This document shows, piece by piece, positions 60,358 to 64,000 of a DNA stretch of 64,000 nt (within the stretch, counting starts at the first letter, position 1; each line of letters opens with the position of its first letter). The notes under the pieces were generated by a model that was given only the letters and a program-made list of their open reading frames with translations, was not told the DNA's origin and made no database searches. Source of the DNA: Thermodesulfobacteriota bacterium (GTDB lineage Bacteria; Desulfobacterota; Desulfarculia; JACQYL01); the NCBI GenBank assembly GCA_963675595.2, contig CAXXLZ010000002.1, forward strand, positions 704,001-768,000, read 5' to 3'. The position numbers and the translations under genes are program-made.

Positions 60358-62610
60358 TCAGGCGCCGAACACCTCCATCACGCTCTTAATATCCAGAATA
60401 AGCCCCACCCTACCGTCGCCCAGAATCGTTCCCCCGCTGAACCCCTGGACATCCTTGAGTCTTCGGCCGAGGCTCTTGATGACGACCTCCTGCTTGCCGA
60501 GCACCTCGTCGATCATGAGACAAGCCTCCTTGCCTTCGTGCTCGACCACAACGAGGATGGCCTCGTCCACTTTCGTGTTTTCCGAATTGATCCCGAATAT
60601 TTCATGCAATCGAATAAGAGAATGAATCTTCCCTCGGATATTGATCGCTTCACCTCGATCGGACACCTTGACGTACTGATTCCCCTCCGGTTGCAAAGAT
60701 TCCTTCACCGAAGGCGCCGGAATAATATAACGCTCTTTGCCCACGCGGACAAGAATACCGTCGATAATAGCCAGAGTCAGCGGGAGCTTGATGGTGAAAG
60801 TCGATCCCACACCCGCTTGTGATTTGATCTCCACCGAACCTCTTAGTTTTTCCACGAATTTCTTGACCACATCCATGCCGACCCCTCTTCCGGAAATGTC
60901 GGTGATCTTGTCCGCCGTGGAAAATCCCGGAAGAAAAATGAAGTTGTGCACCTCGTGGTCCGTATAATTTCCGGATTTGCTCACCAGCCCTTTTTCGACG
61001 GCCTTGCTGAAAATCTTATCCCGATTGAGTCCTCTTCCGTCCTCTCCGATCTCTATATAGAGGTGTCCTCCCTGGTGGTAGGCTCTGAGTTTCAACGTGC
61101 CCGAGGCGGGCTTTCCGGACCGCCGGCGTTCCTCCGGAGTCTCCAGGCCGTGGTCCAGCGCGTTACGCACCATATGCACCAGGGGATCATAGATATCATC
61201 TACCATGTTGCGATCTATCTCGGTCTCCTCACCGGTCATGGTCAGATTCACCTGCTTGCCGGATTTCTTCGAAAGATCGCGAACCAATCTCACCATCTTC
61301 TGGAACGTTTGTCGGATGGGAACCATCCGCATGCTCATGGCCGTTTTCTGGAGTTCCGTGGTGATGCGGTTGAGTTGAGAGAAGTCCTTGAAAAGCTTCT
61401 GATCGTTCAGCCCCCGAATCACGGGGTTCTCTGACACCAGCGACTGGGCGATGACCAGCTCGCCCACCATGTCCACGATATGGTCCAGTTTGTCCGTGGC
61501 GACCCGAATAGTCGTCTCCACGGTCTTCTGACGCTTCAGGGCTTCGTCCACATCCTGAGTGCTGACTTTGCCTGAATCCGTCAGGATTTCACCGATCTTC
61601 TTCCCGGGGGATCCGGTCTTCTGTTCTTCGAGCGCAAGATCCACTTCAGACGGCGTCACCGCCTCCATGGAAACAAGAATTTGGCCGATAGGCTCCTTCT
61701 CGCCTTGCTCGGTCGGCTCTTCCTGCGAAGCATCCAGAAGATTCCGGACCTGATCGATCCTTGATTGCACTTCGTATTCCGGCTCGTACAGAATATCCCG
61801 ATCCAGGTTCGCCCGAATGGCTTCAAGCATCTGGCGAATAAAATCAAATCCGTCCAATATGAAGTCGGCCACTCGCTCATCATACGAAATTCGATCGTTT
61901 CGAATTTCGTCCAGAAGATTCTCCGACTCATGGGTATACCGGTTCATGCGCTGCAGATTCAGAAATCCCGATACCCCTTTGGCCGTGTGAAAACACCGGA
62001 AAATCGCATTGATCAGTTCCTTGTTGGAAGGATCCGATTCGAGTTCGACCACCAAAGGCTCGACTTCGGCCAGACTGGACAGGGTTTCATTAATGAATTC
62101 GTAACAGGTTTCTTTGTCGACAATCAGGTTTCGTTCAACGGAAGTCTCACCCGCGGGACTCTCTCCGGAGGTGCTTTCGTTAGGCTCCGCCTCTCGCTCC
62201 TCGTCCTCTTGAGGACCGTCTTGGGGCGTCACGTCGGAGAGTGGTGCCGCCTCCACGGCGAGACCCAAATCGCGCAACTCGCCCAGAAAGGATTCCGCCG
62301 CTTCTTCCGGCAACGAACTTCCCAGTTTCAGCTCTCGAATCTGATCCTGCAGAAGAGTGACACCTTTGGACACCAAACTCATCTGCCGACTCAGATCACT
62401 CTCCTGACCCATAATGATCGATTCGATCAAAAGAGTCAGAGCTTGTGCGATCCGTCCAATGTCCGGTGCCGGACCGTTTGAGGCGCTTATGGTTTCCAAC
62501 TGGTTGAGAAGTTCGCCCATACCTCCCACGTCGGTGGGCTCAAGCATGACCGCCTTCAAGGCCAGTTCATCTACCGTCTGCATCAGCTCTTCGAAAAGTT
62601 TGCCGTCCAT
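60358..62610 (-). CDS. cheA: Chemotaxis histidine kinase CheA
   Basis: IFRCFHTAKG Hpt; DPLVHMVRNALDHG; SGRGVGMDVV; LPLTLAI; CheW domain; GAGGA SD before ATG 62610. Confidence 0.96.
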   Translation of the reverse strand: MDGKLFEELMQTVDELALKAVMLEPTDVGGMGELLNQLETISASNGPAPDIGRIAQALTLLIESIIMGQESDLSRQMSLVSKGVTLLQDQIRELKLGSSLPEEAAESFLGELRDLGLAVEAAPLSDVTPQDGPQEDEEREAEPNESTSGESPAGETSVERNLIVDKETCYEFINETLSSLAEVEPLVVELESDPSNKELINAIFRCFHTAKGVSGFLNLQRMNRYTHESENLLDEIRNDRISYDERVADFILDGFDFIRQMLEAIRANLDRDILYEPEYEVQSRIDQVRNLLDASQEEPTEQGEKEPIGQILVSMEAVTPSEVDLALEEQKTGSPGKKIGEILTDSGKVSTQDVDEALKRQKTVETTIRVATDKLDHIVDMVGELVIAQSLVSENPVIRGLNDQKLFKDFSQLNRITTELQKTAMSMRMVPIRQTFQKMVRLVRDLSKKSGKQVNLTMTGEETEIDRNMVDDIYDPLVHMVRNALDHGLETPEERRRSGKPASGTLKLRAYHQGGHLYIEIGEDGRGLNRDKIFSKAVEKGLVSKSGNYTDHEVHNFIFLPGFSTADKITDISGRGVGMDVVKKFVEKLRGSVEIKSQAGVGSTFTIKLPLTLAIIDGILVRVGKERYIIPAPSVKESLQPEGNQYVKVSDRGEAINIRGKIHSLIRLHEIFGINSENTKVDEAILVVVEHEGKEACLMIDEVLGKQEVVIKSLGRRLKDVQGFSGGTILGDGRVGLILDIKSVMEVFGA

Positions 62611-62884
62611 TTTCCTCAACCCGAGAAGTTCGACAAAAGTCACGTTTCAGTTTATAAACCTTGAAAGGACGCTGCCGGACAAAATAGAATGGAAGCAGTT
62701 TGCCTGATATTCGTCTCGAACGACCATCGTGTCGGCACGAAAGAACAGACTTCTTCATATGCCATATCGGGTTTTACGTTTCAAACGTTAACTTTCGAAT
62801 CAAAGGGAGCCTTCGTATTTTAATCGGCGGTGGAAACTTGTTTTCTCGATTCCAGCGCAATGGATGACCGCCGGCGTGATCGGC

Positions 62885-62912
62885 TAAAGGTTTTCCCCGT
62901 TTCCGCCGATCT
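62885..62912 (+). promoter_or_regulatory. Putative sigma28 promoter
   Basis: TAAA-16 bp-GCCGATCT upstream of 63084. Confidence 0.45.
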
Positions 62913-63083
62913 TCTAGTCGAAAGAGGCCGGTAATCATCCCGGCGTGTTCTTGATGACGGCGATTCTCGCCCGGGCGGACACCGCGCCGCCGCCATGACT
63001 CTATTCGGCTGCTGTTCGCGCGACAAGGCTGCGGGATGCCGGCTTCGCTCTCCTAAGGATTCAACCCAAGGAGCGACGCCACC

Positions 63084-63392
63084 ATGATACGAACCATTGA
63101 CGCACAGGGGATATTGAACCAATCCTTCGGTGCGGAAAAGGTCAGCCGAACGGGTGACCAGGGAATGGACCAGAACTCGGTACGGTTCGCCCTGCAGCTC
63201 CAGCAGGCGCGCGATGCGGCCAGGTCCAAGGTGAAGTCTTCTCCCGATGCCAGAAAGGTGAGCGATCGAGAGCGCAAGAATAGGGGGAGTAAGAAAGACG
63301 GAAAACACTCCGATTTCGATCATGGAGAAGAAGAAGCGAGTCAAGAAACGGCACATAAAGGAGTAGCCTGCCTCTTGGATATCTTGGTCTGA
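63084..63392 (+). CDS. Hypothetical protein in flagellar region
   Basis: AAGGAG SD; 102 aa ending in GVACLLDILV, like small flagellar-cluster proteins. Confidence 0.65.
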   Translation: MIRTIDAQGILNQSFGAEKVSRTGDQGMDQNSVRFALQLQQARDAARSKVKSSPDARKVSDRERKNRGSKKDGKHSDFDHGEEEASQETAHKGVACLLDILV

Positions 63393-63857
63393 TTGCTCAT
63401 GTTCAACCAGATGCTTATCCCCTTCTTGGTTTTTCTGGCCGCGGCGGACCTGTGCCTCGTGGGCTTGATCTGCTATTGGCTCTTCTTCCAAACGCCGCGA
63501 AGAGAAAAACAGCTCTCCGACCTAAGGGACTCTCTGCAACTTCTCGTCTCCGAATCCGATCGATCCATCGAGCAGTTTCAAGCTTCATTGAAGCAGGATC
63601 AGAACACCATGGAAAGACTCGTGGAGGAAGCCCGAACACGAGAGCGCAGTTTGCGCACCCTGCTTCGTGATGCGGAATCCCTGATCTTTCGCCTCGAGCG
63701 TGAACGTTTCATGACGGCCGACGGGGAAACCTCCATGTCCGCAGACTACGACACGGTGCTTCGCTTAGCGGCCGGTGGTGCATCCATATCGGAAATCAGC
63801 AAAGAGACCGGCATTCCGGAGAATCAGATCAAACTCCTCCTGGATGTGAGAAAATGA
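63393..63857 (+). CDS. Membrane-anchored coiled-coil protein with C-terminal HTH-like motif (DUF2802-like)
   Basis: N-terminal TM, coiled coil, VLRLAAGGASISEISKETGIPENQIKLLL. Confidence 0.7.
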   Translation: MLMFNQMLIPFLVFLAAADLCLVGLICYWLFFQTPRREKQLSDLRDSLQLLVSESDRSIEQFQASLKQDQNTMERLVEEARTRERSLRTLLRDAESLIFRLERERFMTADGETSMSADYDTVLRLAAGGASISEISKETGIPENQIKLLLDVRK

Positions 63858-64000
63858 CCGACTTCCCCCAGATACCCTCTGAATCACTCGACCGCAGCAT
63901 AACCTCCAAAGAACCGACATTCGCCGTAAAGTTATCCCCGGGTATGGTTGCCGAGGCCAAAGTCCTGGAAGCGGACCAACTCGGTAGAATTCGCATCGAA
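63854..64000 (+). CDS. N-terminus of a gene running off the window (possibly FliK-like)
   Basis: ATGA overlap; MTDFPQIP...KLSPGMVAEAKVLEADQLGRIRIE. Confidence 0.5.
   Translation, partial: MTDFPQIPSESLDRSITSKEPTFAVKLSPGMVAEAKVLEADQLGRIRIE

Overview
About 58% GC bacterial chromosomal segment, most likely from a Desulfobacterota (deltaproteobacterial) anaerobe, inferred from QrcA, class III cytochrome c3, sigma28 che/flagellar genes and the intergenic repeat types. The left two-thirds are accessory. They hold a five-gene envelope cluster (FlgT-N, LpoB-like, YcfL-like, TPR-CsgG, LPP20) and a sigma54-driven VPLPA/PEP-CTERM protein with a complete thioester-domain signature. They also hold an IS1182-like element abutting a truncated signalling gene, iorAB-type molybdoenzyme genes and two hybrid kinases. 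A complete group II intron is inserted antisense exactly between the Shine-Dalgarno and ATG of an AraC gene. Further along are an IPTL-CTERM protein with four CnaB-like repeats, an algI/algJ pair and two paralogous beta-propeller lipoproteins. The right third carries qrcA plus an octaheme c3 gene, tex, an ATPase-like/XRE/cupin regulator and an APC permease operon with several small membrane proteins. It ends with a photolyase lacking a canonical start codon, nth, cheA-cheR-cheB-cheX and flagellar-associated genes. Non-coding DNA contains several REP/MITE families and a duplicated promoter-operator scaffold (45/46 identical) found in front of two unrelated operons. No rRNA, tRNA or CRISPR array was recognised. 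All family calls come from motif recognition by eye, not database searches.
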